This document shows, piece after piece, positions 43,601 through 56,175 of a stretch of DNA of 64,000 nucleotides. The stretch lies in NCBI RefSeq assembly GCF_009914755.1, contig NC_060930.1; one strand, 5' to 3'. The position numbers and the translations under genes are program-made. Position 1 is the first letter of the stretch. Every line of letters starts with the position of its first letter. Origin of the DNA: the human T2T-CHM13v2.0 reference genome, Homo sapiens. Under the pieces are notes generated by a model. The model was not told the DNA's origin. It made no database searches and was given only the letters and a program-made list of their open reading frames with translations.

Positions 43601-44237
43601 TCTGGACTAGGGAAAAGTAGGAGAGTTAGAGAAGGGAGCAATAAGGTTGTATGCTGATGTAGGTCTCTGAGTATGGGCTCTGCATCCCCCCGCCCCATCT
43701 TGGTCACAACCTTCAAAGGGTGGTAAAATTCTGGGATCCAAGTGAGTTGAGAAATCTGAAACAGACAGCACCTGTGCCTCACCACCTGGAGAGGGAGGAG
43801 TGACCAGGAAAGCAGCCAGCCTCCAGAATCCCTCTCCCATGTCCTATGTTAACAGTAGAGCAGACATGGTTGTGTGGACATCTAGGCAGAGAGGTCCCGA
43901 GACAGCCCCAGTGGATTTCCCATAGTTCTAGAGTGTAACGGAAGAACCACCAAGTACTTTCTGAATTTTTCCAAGAGGGGTACAGAGGTAGGCTGAGAGA
44001 GCAGGATACCCAAGGAGACCCTTTGGCCAGGACAAGGAAGATGGAGGGTAACCACGTGGCCTCTTAACAGGGGAGCAAATGGAAACATGGGCACTTCCTG
44101 CCATGAGGAATATATGCAGATGACTGGAACCAGCAGGCTGAGAATATAGTGGCGGATATTGATTGGCTAAATTTAAACAAGGTCACTGTCACTCTTAACA
44201 ACCATATCTCAACATTTTGACAATGTATAAGGGTTTC

Positions 44238-44310
44238 ATTTTATTTATTATTTATTTTTCGAGACAGGTCTCACTCTGTTGCCCAGGCTGGAGTACAGTG
44301 GTGCAATCAT
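44238..44310 (-). mobile_element. Short Alu 3' fragment
   Basis: T-rich tail plus gagacaggtctcactctgttgcccaggctggagtacagtggtgcaatc, then truncated. Confidence 0.85.
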
Positions 44311-45074
44311 CACCTTTTTTTTTTTTCCACAGTTGATCAGGAATCATGTGTAAGTGTTTTAAATTCAGCATCTGTTTGGGAGTGGTCTGAATTGACTGAG
44401 AAAACCCTGAGGTGGCTAAGATTATATTCTTATGATCAGCAGACTAGGGTTTTACAGTAGATATTATTTTTGCTACAAAAAATAAAGGGTATTATTGCTT
44501 TTGTTTCCCTGAGCCAATTGCCTTTGAAGTCTGTAGCCTCTATGCCCCACTAAAGCTCATGATGAGAATGCAATCACAATGCAAAACAGTTGGTGAGTTT
44601 GCCAACACTGGACTTGGCTCCACCATCTTCTCTCAAATAGAGACCTCCTCTAAGCCACTCAGATGGCACCCAAAGTCATTGTTCTTTTAATGGTTGGACA
44701 CTAAAAATCATAAAATCTTTTTTTTTGGCTTGGTATAAGCATCACCTAGTTTTTTATTCTTGAGAAAGAAAAGCTATTTGATTGTCAGAGGCTAGTGATG
44801 ACAAAGTGCTTGTAGCACGGCCACAGAGCTAAGACCTTTATTTTGCTACACAGCTATTGAGACACAGGCTCTTCTCCACTATTCCGTCTTAGAGCTTGGT
44901 TAATTTCTCATGCTCTATCAGTGCAAATGCCACATAAAAATTATCAGATGCGACCAGAAAGTTTCTTAAAGTATGGAAGATGTTCCACAAATGCAACAAC
45001 AGTAAAGGAACATCCACTATGAGGTCATCACCATTTTAGTGAGGTGGGTTCTTTTCCCAAATGAAGAATATTTG

Positions 45075-45422
<348 letters not shown>

Positions 45423-47389
45423 CTAGTGGATATTATTACATCATGAGAGGTTTCCTCGGAATATCTGCCTTCAATTATGGGCATCAGCAGCAGTGCCCAT
45501 CATAGAGTATACTTTGCCATGACACAAGCTCTGAGGAGAGACAAGCCCCCACCACAAGAAACAGCAACTGTGTCCAGGAGTATGTAAGGTATGGCCACAA
45601 CTAGGAGCTCTGTGGTCCTATGATTTAAATATCCCACCATCAAAAGAGGCATCCATGAGACCTGTCAATCTGCACTGGCCAAAACATAAAGAACGTGTTT
45701 AAACTCTAATCTAGTCACCATCAAACTGTCCCTGTTTCAGATCTGAAGGGTTATACACAGTCTTTCCCACAAAATGCTACTTTGGGGAATATTTTAAATA
45801 CAAAAACCTGTCTGTATTTGAAAGAAGCTGTCCCATAAGCTCGTACATAAGGACTTTAAACTGCAGTCACACTTTTTCAACACTCAAGCATGGGAGTTGA
45901 AATTGCTCTGAAAGCTCTCTGGACTGCATTAAATCATCCTCTTGGCCATGTATCAGCTACAGTTTATTTCCTCTTGATGGAGCCTTTGCTTCCCAGATAG
46001 GTTGAACAGAGCAGCAAACATGTATGTCATTTTGTGAGCTAGACAGGGCTAGAGGTGAGTGGCAGCCTCCAAACAGATGCCTGGGTTGACTTCCCCTGAA
46101 ACTAGGTGTGAGTTTTATTAAGTTCTTAAGCAGATACCATCAGTACTATCCGGCCTTTATGTGGAAATGGAAGACAAATGCATGCTGGCAATGCAGCCTC
46201 TGCCTGCAAGGGCAAGAATAAAACATTGTTTTGTTCTATCAAAAAAGTAATTTAGAATGGTGGTTGAGGAAAAAAGAAACAGCAAAACTGTCCCCTTTGA
46301 TTGTCTGTTCTCAAGTCTTTCATTGTTTCATTTGTGGAACGTGTTGGTTTTCTATTTGTACATCCATCTCTGTTCTATCACAAATGGGCTCAGATTTCCA
46401 CATGGCTATTTACCTGATCTTGTTAATTTTCCTATTAGGAAGCCCAGTGATCTGGGTAAAATACCATTCTTGGTAAAAATTATTTTCTCATAGGAGGAGA
46501 AATGGCTTTTTCTATAGGTAGATGACTATAGAACTAAATATTCAAACTAAGACACATTTCAGTGTAAAAGAAGGTGTTGATAATTATGGTAGGAGGACTA
46601 GTACCCAGAAGAACTGTCCTGGGCCAGTTGGGGTGTGTGGTTGCCCTATCAATGGATCATGAAGAACAATGTAAAAATAAATCACTTTCTTCGAAGTAGA
46701 CAATAAATTTTGTGCCCATAAACATTCATTGACTTCACTTTTTAAAACTTTTTTTTTTTTATAGAAAGTAGGTTTTAATTTTACTTAATTTTTTTTGGTC
46801 TATAAAGAAGGAACAGTTCCTGCACCCCCTTTCACCACCTAAATATTTTTTATTTATGCCAGAGGGAGGCATAGATGGGGCAGGGTGTGGGTGGTCATGG
46901 GGAAGGGAGTGCTTTAAAGGGTTTTACTCAATTGAATATTTAATCTATTTCTGTCTTCTTCAGTAGCTACTCCTCCCATGCCCTCACCCCACCTTATGAT
47001 AAAAGGATCTAAAAAGAGGGAAACTGCATTCTCCGAGACAAAGTACTAAAAGTAGCTGTAGCTCTTCAGGTCACTATTCTGACTTAGATGAACCTGACTT
47101 GACATTAGATGTTTAAAGACGGAGGCGCTTTAAGAGGTAACTTAGCTCTATCAGAAAACCTGTTTAGGGGAATCTCCTAGCTTGAAAGTCACAATTAATT
47201 TTCCCTCATTATAAAATAATAATAATTACCTGATAATCTTCAGGATACCTCTTGCCCATTTCTATCCATTCCCTCTTCTTTGAACAAAAGATGTCACCTA
47301 AGACATCCATGAAATGCAGACAAGTATCTTAGCCCCCAAAAGGACTCTGGAGACAGGAATTCTTTTATTACCATTTAAAGTAATTTACT

Positions 47390-47965
47390 TTAACTTTGTA
47401 TTTTGATATAATTTCAAGATTTAGAGAAAAGTGGCAAAAATAGAGTAATACAAAGAATTCCTATATACCCTTCATCCAGATTCCCCAATATGCATATCTT
47501 ACGACATTTTCTTTATCCTTTTGTCCCACCCATCCTTTACACACACACACACATACACACAAAAAAAACCCACACACTTTATTCCTGAATCATTTGAGAA
47601 AAGTTTCAGATCTATGCCCTTTTACCTCTAAAATGTTTTATATATTTACTAAAATCAAGGACATTCTCTTCTATAACTGCTGTACAATTATCAAACCAGG
47701 AAGTTAACACTGATACAATATTATAATCTATAAACCACTTTCCATTATGGCCAATTGTCCCATTAGTGTTCCTTTATAACACAAGAAAATCACACATAAT
47801 GTATTGAACAATTATCATCTCTCTTTAGTCTCGTTTCATCTGGAACATTCCTCACTCTTTGACATTGACATCTTTGTATTGTACAGGCCAGGTATTTTGT
47901 ACAATGTCCCTTAATTTGGATTTGTTTGCTGTTTCCTCATGATTAGATTCGGGCAATACATCTCT
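47390..47965 (-). mobile_element. L1MC/MD-like 3' fragment
   Basis: tattttgatataatttcaag...acaaagaattcctatataccc...tgtttcctcatgattagattc. Confidence 0.7.
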
Positions 47966-48525
47966 GGAACCCTGTTGCAAATATTTTAAAATTCCATGTA
48001 CTGGATGCTCATTTTCTTATCAACTCATCCCTAAAGCTGCTGTTTCATCCAAATTCTACTCCTTAACTGCACACCTTGATCTAATATAGTCAGAGACTCT
48101 CAATCTTGGCTATGCGTTGGAACCACCTAGGCCATACCAGACAAGTTAACCAGAATCTCTTGGGTTGAAACCTGAGCAATGGTATGTTAAAAAGCTTCCC
48201 AAATGATTCTAATATGTAGCCAGGGGTTAGTTGGTTTGTTCTTACCCTTGAATAGGTACTAAATTTTTTTGGTGTAATGTGAGAATTCACATAGTTTGAA
48301 GACCTTCCCATTCTATCCATCTTGATTAAACTTGATTAATAAAAGCCAAAGTCTTGCTTGCCAGCAAGAAGAGCTGTTGATTCTCACTGTACCCCATATC
48401 CTGACAGTTTCAATTCCTCATAACCTGATGGACATTTGTGGGTACATTAGCAACCAGGCAATACCAAGAGTGCCCAATTGTCTCCTTCTTTTGAGATACA
48501 CTAGCAGAATAGTCTTGCTCTCGAG

Positions 48526-48737
48526 AGGTTTGCTTTAACCTTGGCACTATTGACATTTGGGTCCAGATAATTCTTTGTTACAGTGAACTGTCCTGTGCAT
48601 TGTAGGATGTTTGGTGAGAGCCCTGGCCTCTATCCACTAAATGCCAGTAGCATCCCCCTAATTGTGACAACGTGTTTGCAGATACTCTCAAATGTCTCCT
48701 GGGAAGGGAGGAATTGCTCCCTGTTGAGAAGCACTGC
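48526..48737. mobile_element. MER20
   Basis: aaccttggcactattgacatttggg...ataattctttgt...tgtcctgtgcattgtaggatgttt...gttgagaagcactg. Confidence 0.88.
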
Positions 48738-51422
48738 TCTGTACATTCCTGCCTCCGGATCTTTGATCAAAGTATTCTTCACACCCATCTCCATTTGTCA
48801 GTTGAATCGGGGGAAGTATGGTATATATGTGGCTATAAACATTGGCTTGGTTATCAGACCATACTGGGTTCAACTTTTTGATCTGCCACTTACTGTAGGA
48901 GAGCCTTGCTCAAGTAATTCTGCCCTTGTAACTGTCAGTCTTGTCATCTGCAAAATAGGAATAATAAGAACAGCTCCTTCATAGGATTGTTATGAGAATT
49001 TAATGAGATAATGCGCAAGATGTGTCTGATGAATAGTAACTCCCCAAAAAAGGGTTGCTGAATGAGCTAGTGCATATAAAGTGATGAGTTAGTGTTTGGC
49101 ACATGATAACTCAGTAGCTGTGAGTGGTTGTTGTTATCATCCTTATTAATGATGAAACTATGGCACAGAGTGATTCAGAGTCTTGGTCAAGATCACAGAG
49201 CAAGTTAATGGTAGAACTAGGAACAGAATCCATGCCTTAGTACTCCTAGTAAAATGCTGCCTACCCCACACAAAGCTTGAAATACCAAGGACAATTCCAG
49301 GAAAGATGAAACTCTTGACCAAGTTAGCTCTGAGCAGTGCCATAATATCCCAGGCTTGGCAGTAAAAGTGAGGTGATTAATCATTTTGAATTGGAGAAGT
49401 CAGAACTAAGGCCATTCAAGGGAGCATTTAAAGGTATAGAATCTCTTACCATCTCCTGAAAATATTTTTTTTAAAAATGAGAACAGAAAAGTATTAGGAA
49501 TACTTTAATCTGTTGTAGCCAGGAATTGGCACACCAGAACATTGAACCTTTGCAAGATGTCAACCCTTAACGGTTAAAAGGATCTTTGCTGAAAACTTAG
49601 GTGAACATAGTAAGGATGAACACTCAGATTAGAAGACCACACACACACACACACACAAAAGCACACACAGCAAGGCAAATTAAACTCCCAGGAGTACATA
49701 GCAGGCACCTCCAGATACCCAATAACCATGTTATAACGTAAATAACTAAGAGGGCTTTCTCTCCCTATAAAGCTGTATTTTAAAGGGGATTCTGCTGGTT
49801 CCAATGAAGCCTTGGAGAATACTGCCAAGATGCTGTAGCTTTTTATGAAATATCAGGGTAGAGAAGTTCATTCATCATAACCAGTGGGCCAGAAGCCTGT
49901 GCCATCCATTCCTTCTCCTCTTCAATAAAGAAGTTGGGTATTAATTAAACTGAAGGAGTCTTAGTAGAGTGGTTAGTGAGATGTCTCAGGGAGGTATGTG
50001 GACACACATGCATGTGCATACATGTGGGGCATGTGTGTAGGGGTGTGTGTGTGTATGTGTGGCTATTTTACTGAGGAACAGAGATGTCATCTTTTCCCTA
50101 AATCAATCATTTCCAAAGGCAATGTTAAAAATATTATCAATCAGTACAGTTCTAGAGTACGCATTAGCCATACCCCTATGGCAGAGGCCAATGCTGTGCT
50201 AGGTGTTACTTCTTTAGTTGTTGGTTGGTCAGGAGGTTCCTGGAGAAAGGGTCAGGCAGCTGAGGTTTGGGGTAGAGTGAGGGAGGGGGAGAAGAAAAGT
50301 CAGAGACACCAGGCCACAGCTACCTAGGAATGGCAGTAGGGAATTAGCTTGACATTTCAACAGGCATGCGCTGACTAATAACAGCCCTGGACATATGTCC
50401 AGTTTATGGCATCTGCCTTTATTATAGGGGTTTGCAAGACCAGCTGTCACGAGCAGAATTTCTCAAACTGTGTCTACAATTGGTCTGTGCATGAAAATAC
50501 CTTGGTTTGCTCATCAGAACCACAGATTCCTGGAGTTGCCATCTGGGAATGAATGTTTTAAACAAGTTTCCCAAGTGACAATTAAGCAGCTATGGGTTTC
50601 AATCCACTCTTCAAAAAGTGTATTCAAACAATAAGAAGCTACTTGTGGTTAAGAAAGCAGGCATGACTTTAAAACAAGTGAAAAGGGAGATTTGAATTAT
50701 TTAATCAGAGAAAAGGAAGGCTCACCAGTGATGTAGCAGCTTTCAAACAGTATCAATTAGCCTATAGAAAATGGGTTCCTCTGTGCTCCAGAGAGAGCTT
50801 GAAAAAGAGAACTGAGCTAAACATTTTTCTCTTATTTTGTTATTTTTCTTTTTATTAGTGATTCCAATTTATTAATAATCAGAGATGCCATATGTTGAAC
50901 AGTTACTATATGTTGGGCATTGTTCCAAAGATATTATAAGGCCTGATCTTTTTGATTTTATTAACAGACCTAAGGAAATATTAGTGCCCCCATTTTACAG
51001 ATAATGAAACTAAGGCTTATAGTGGCTAGGTAATTACTTTATCCAAGGTCACACAGTTAATAAGTAGCAGTTTTTCTCTAGCATCCATTAACCACTGTGC
51101 AAATCTGCCTCCCATTATCATCATTAATGGTAACTTTCTTTCACTGAGTACCACCTATACTGGAAGCACTATAAAGTCAGGGACACTTTCTGTCTTGTTC
51201 ATTCCTATTTGCCCAGGGCCTAGCAAAGTCCTAAACTGCCCAATTAAAATGTTTTAATTGCATAGAAGAGAAAGTTGAATGACACATATTTTAGAACAAC
51301 TACTTCGCATTTCCCCTAATAAGCATATATTATCCAAAACAGACCACTCAAATATCCAACATACAACTTGTGTTACTGCTCTATTATTGTGGTTACTGAT
51401 ACCTCAAAAATAGGTCACACTG

Positions 51423-51663
51423 GGCTGGGCACGGTGGCTCACACCTGTAATCCCAGCACTTTGGGAGGCCAAGGCAGGCAGATCACGAGATCAGGAGATC
51501 GAGACCATCCTGGCTAACACGGTGAAACCTCATCTCTACTAAAAAAAAAAAACAAAAAATTAGCCGGCTGTGGTGGCTGGTGCCAAGATCGTGCCACTGC
51601 ACTCCAGCCTGGGTGACAGAGCAAGACTCTGTCTCAAAACAAACAAACAAACAAACAAACAAA
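51423..51663 (+). mobile_element. AluY/Sc-like with internal right-arm deletion
   Basis: gagatcgagaccatcctggctaacacggtg diagnostic; TSD aggtcacactg. Confidence 0.93.
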
Positions 51664-52212
51664 AGGTCACACTGGTCAAGAGAAAATGATGCTGTCTTAA
51701 TCCTTAAATTTCTCTGAAAAGATGACCCTCTATCTTCATCTACTGAATATGTTTGTGTTCATTTCTAAATCGCACTGTGAAACCAAAGCCTGTTTTTGGA
51801 CCACTGATCTAGAGCTTAGGAGGAGACGTTCATCTTTATGATTCAATGATGGCCCCATAAGTAATCTTATACTTGAAGTTATTGATGGCCAAAGTGTACA
51901 GATCAATTTGGCAGAGAACTGCTTTCAGGTCCTTCCTGGCTTTCAATGCAAATAGTTTTACACCTTTCCAAAAAGCCAATTCCAGAGGCAAAGGCAGGGT
52001 TCTGGCCCCAAGTCAAATCTGCCTTTTCCTCTAAATAATAAACGTACAACATAAAACCTCAGCATTCCAGAGTTAGGGTTATCTATTCTAAACTTTCATT
52101 CCAGAAGTAAGAAATCTTAAGCCCAGAGCACAGGTGATGCTCAAAATATTTGGAAATCTTTCTGCATGGAAACTGCCTGACCGGGGGCTGGCAGGGAGGC
52201 AATAAGCCTTTA

Positions 52213-52612
<400 letters not shown>

Positions 52613-54804
52613 ATCCAACCATATTTCAAGAATCTGGTACAGACATACCAATGTAAACTAATATTAGCCAGGGCCCAGAGGAAAAGTGACTTATACCCAG
52701 GAAGTCAGTGGCAAGGACAAGAACTCTGATTTTCTGACTTCCCTCCCTAGGTATCTGTGCAGCCTTGCTCAAGATACTTTCTCTTTGTCCTCAATATTCA
52801 GGACTGCCTTGATGGTGGGTTGTCATCAACATAATCCTTTGGATATAATTTGAACACATCAGTTTCCCAAAGGCCTGGTTAACTGAGATATTAGAATACT
52901 TTCCCATTTTATTATGAGGTTTTAAAATAACTCTTTACTACTGCAATTAAATATAAGTATGAATATTACAAACTCATCACACTGATTTAAAATGAAGAGA
53001 AGCAAAATGAGCTTTCCTCGTGGTAGAAGTAGTAGAATTTTTAAGTACTGAGCAAAGTCCTACTGTGTGCTTGGATTTTTAACACTCCACAAACCTTTCC
53101 AAAGACCTAGTTGCTGAATCTAGGTGGCAGTTGGTTAGATTGCAGGTGCCAGATGGTTTAGAAAAATTGGGAAATGTGACTTGTATGAATTTTAAAAATT
53201 ATATTCTCGTAAATTTGGCTTATAACATCAGAGAATACTTGATAATTTTTTTTTAATAAATGAGAAATAGCTTGAACAGTTGCCCTAAAGGATAAAGCGA
53301 TAGAGTTAATGTGGGCAGAAAATTTGTACCTTCTCATTGCAAAATATGGTGAAAGGTTAAGAACTCAAATAACAATTTAGTTGAAAGGCCTTAGAGCCTA
53401 AAGGTGGCTCTTAGGTTGGAGTAAGGATATTTAGTCTCGGCAGAGTGGGCATCACTATTCCACTCTGTGACTCCAGGGATGTGGGGGTGTAATTGCAAAG
53501 CTGGTGAATGATCCAGCCCAGTGAGGCCACTCCAATGTTTCTGCTGTCCCAGAAGGGGGAGATAATGTCATGACTATCTAGAAGGGAATGACTTGCAAAC
53601 ATGAACTCCAAAATGGTAAAAGGAAGAAAAATCACTAATTTTAATAAAACCCAATAGACCAGAATGTGTAGTTTGCAGGAGCTCCCCAGGTGACTCAGCT
53701 CATTTGTTAAGATTTTGGTACTGCTGCAGCAAAGGAGAAACTGACATTTGCATCATGACTATTCCTAAGTGGTCCTCAAGCTTTTCTGCTGAGGGGGGAG
53801 CCTGAGACACAAGTGAGAACAGGCTGGTGCCCGAGTGAGTCACTGTGATGGAGTGCTGGCCGCATGGCATCCACAGCCTATATCACTTCAGGGCCAGCTA
53901 CTCCTGCCTACTGTATTCCTGCAGCTCTGTCTCTGAAAAGCTGACACAGTTCCTTTTTCCTGTAGTTTATTTTGGGAAAAGCAGTATATTACTGCAATCT
54001 TCATGAATTATGGGATATGGGAAAGTATTAAATACTCAACTGTTAAGATGCCTGTTGAGACATCCGTTCTCCATAAAAACAGCACTGATTCTTTCAACCT
54101 TCATTAATTGTTCTCTTATCTACTTCCACTGAAATCAGATTCTGTACCACACAGGTAGCATTTGATTATACACTATCTATATATACCATCTATTTGTTGA
54201 TCTATACATGTTTGCTTTGCTTTCTCAAATATTAGTTCACTAATAATTTCAGGTCATAATTTCTTTACACCTAGAAATGCACACACACACATACCCTAAA
54301 ACCTTATTGAATCTCTAGTTATGTGTGTGTATGCGTAAAATTATGCAACATGTAATGTTCACCACCATTGCACCATTAATGATAACATGTGATGCTTAAT
54401 CAAATGGATGTTTAAAAATATAAATCAATTTTGGGCTCCACCCTATTTCCAGAGATGGAGCCTGGGACTCTGGATTTTACACAATTGCTCTAGGTGATCT
54501 TATGCAAGTGGTCCAACATTACATTTTGAGAAACACTGCTCTAGGCTCTGGGCCTGGCACAGTTCTCTGGTAATGTAAGAATTACCTGGAGAGCTGTTAG
54601 CAATGGCAATTGCAAAGTCGCAAATAAAGAGGTTCTAATCGAGGGGTTCTGGGATGAGGCCCAGATGCAGGTGATACATGGGTCAGTTTGAGAAAGACCT
54701 CTCTAGTAGGTGACCAACAAGCATTTCTTGGTAAGTTCTTCTAGTTGCTTGAAGGTAAGTACATCCTGAATTTGACTATGAAAATGTCTTCCCTACCTAC
54801 TTTT

Positions 54805-54980
54805 CCTTTATTTCTTTTTTTGGTATTGAATCATTTTATTTTTCTACCAGATCTTTGCTATTATTGGGTATTATCTTTTAAAAGAGTTTTTATTCTTGTC
54901 TAATGTTACTGGAATCTTTTTTCAATTTTAATTTTAAGTTCTAGGGTGCATGTGTAGGATGTGCAGATTTGTTACATAGG
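54805..54980 (-). mobile_element. Extremely 5'-truncated old L1PA with putative 3' transduction
   Basis: L1 3' end at about 54917-54980, about 95 nt of non-L1 sequence, a second A tail, and TSD cctactttt (54796-54804 / 54981-54989). Confidence 0.7.
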
Positions 54981-55209
54981 CCTACTTTTTCTAGAGGCAG
55001 CTCAAGAGTTAGACAGACTGGACTTCTGGTTATGCCATTTACACAGATGTTAGGTAAGGAGCCCATTCTTTGGGTCACTGTTTTTGAAGCTGTAAAATGG
55101 TATATTTATGATTACCTTGCATGGTTATTGTGAGAATTAAAGATGAGCTGCATGAAGCTCCTGGCCAATAGAATATTATTAATATGTAGCAGCTGTTGTA
55201 AACAGGTAT

Positions 55210-55556
55210 TGTAAAATTAAGTTTAGCCTAAAGTTGCCTCCTTACATATTTGAAGTGTGGCCTAAAGGTTTCTCCATGCATAGTGAACTGTAACCTAACT
55301 GAATGTATAAACAGACTATAAACTCCAGTCAGCGAGTTTGTGCCAAAGGCCTCCAACTGTTCAAACTGTTCGAATAAGGCAAATGCTGACCTATACCCAA
55401 TCTGGCTGTTTCTGCACCTCACTAGCATTTTCTGTTTGTCATTTTCTTTTTTCTCTCCATAAATCCTTTTTGACTACATGGCGGTGGCAATTTGCAAATT
55501 GTTCTTTGCTTCATTAAACTCTTAAATTTAATTTGTCTAAGGTTTTTCTTTTCACA
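55210..55556 (+). mobile_element. ERV1 solo LTR (MER57-like)
   Basis: tgtaaaattaagtttagcctaaagttgcctccttacata ... ggtttttcttttcaca; TSD gtat/ctat. Confidence 0.82.
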
Positions 55557-55875
55557 CTATTATATATCATGCATCTCTTCTCATTCCCTAAAAGTAAGGA
55601 TATAAAATTTCCCACAAATGTACTATCTTTACACAATTATGCTGATTTCTAAGGACAGATAGCAGAAATATATGAGAAAGGAGAAGTGAAAGGCATCAAA
55701 TTCTGTTTTGGCCAGAATAAAGATGGACTATCCAGGCTGGGGTGGGAGGATTGGCATGATTCTTGAGAAGGTAAAGACATGTACAGAACTTCTGGGAAGC
55801 TAGAGAATATTCCAACAGTTTCTCTCTGTGGACTGAAGAACAGACATGCCCAGGCAGTTAGAAAGAGCACTTCAA

Positions 55876-56175
<300 letters not shown>

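Noticed and set aside
50726-50761. 36-nt minus-strand pseudoexon (ttttctatag|...CTG|gtgagc)
   Set aside because: Short, weak pyrimidine tract; not distinguishable from background pseudoexons.
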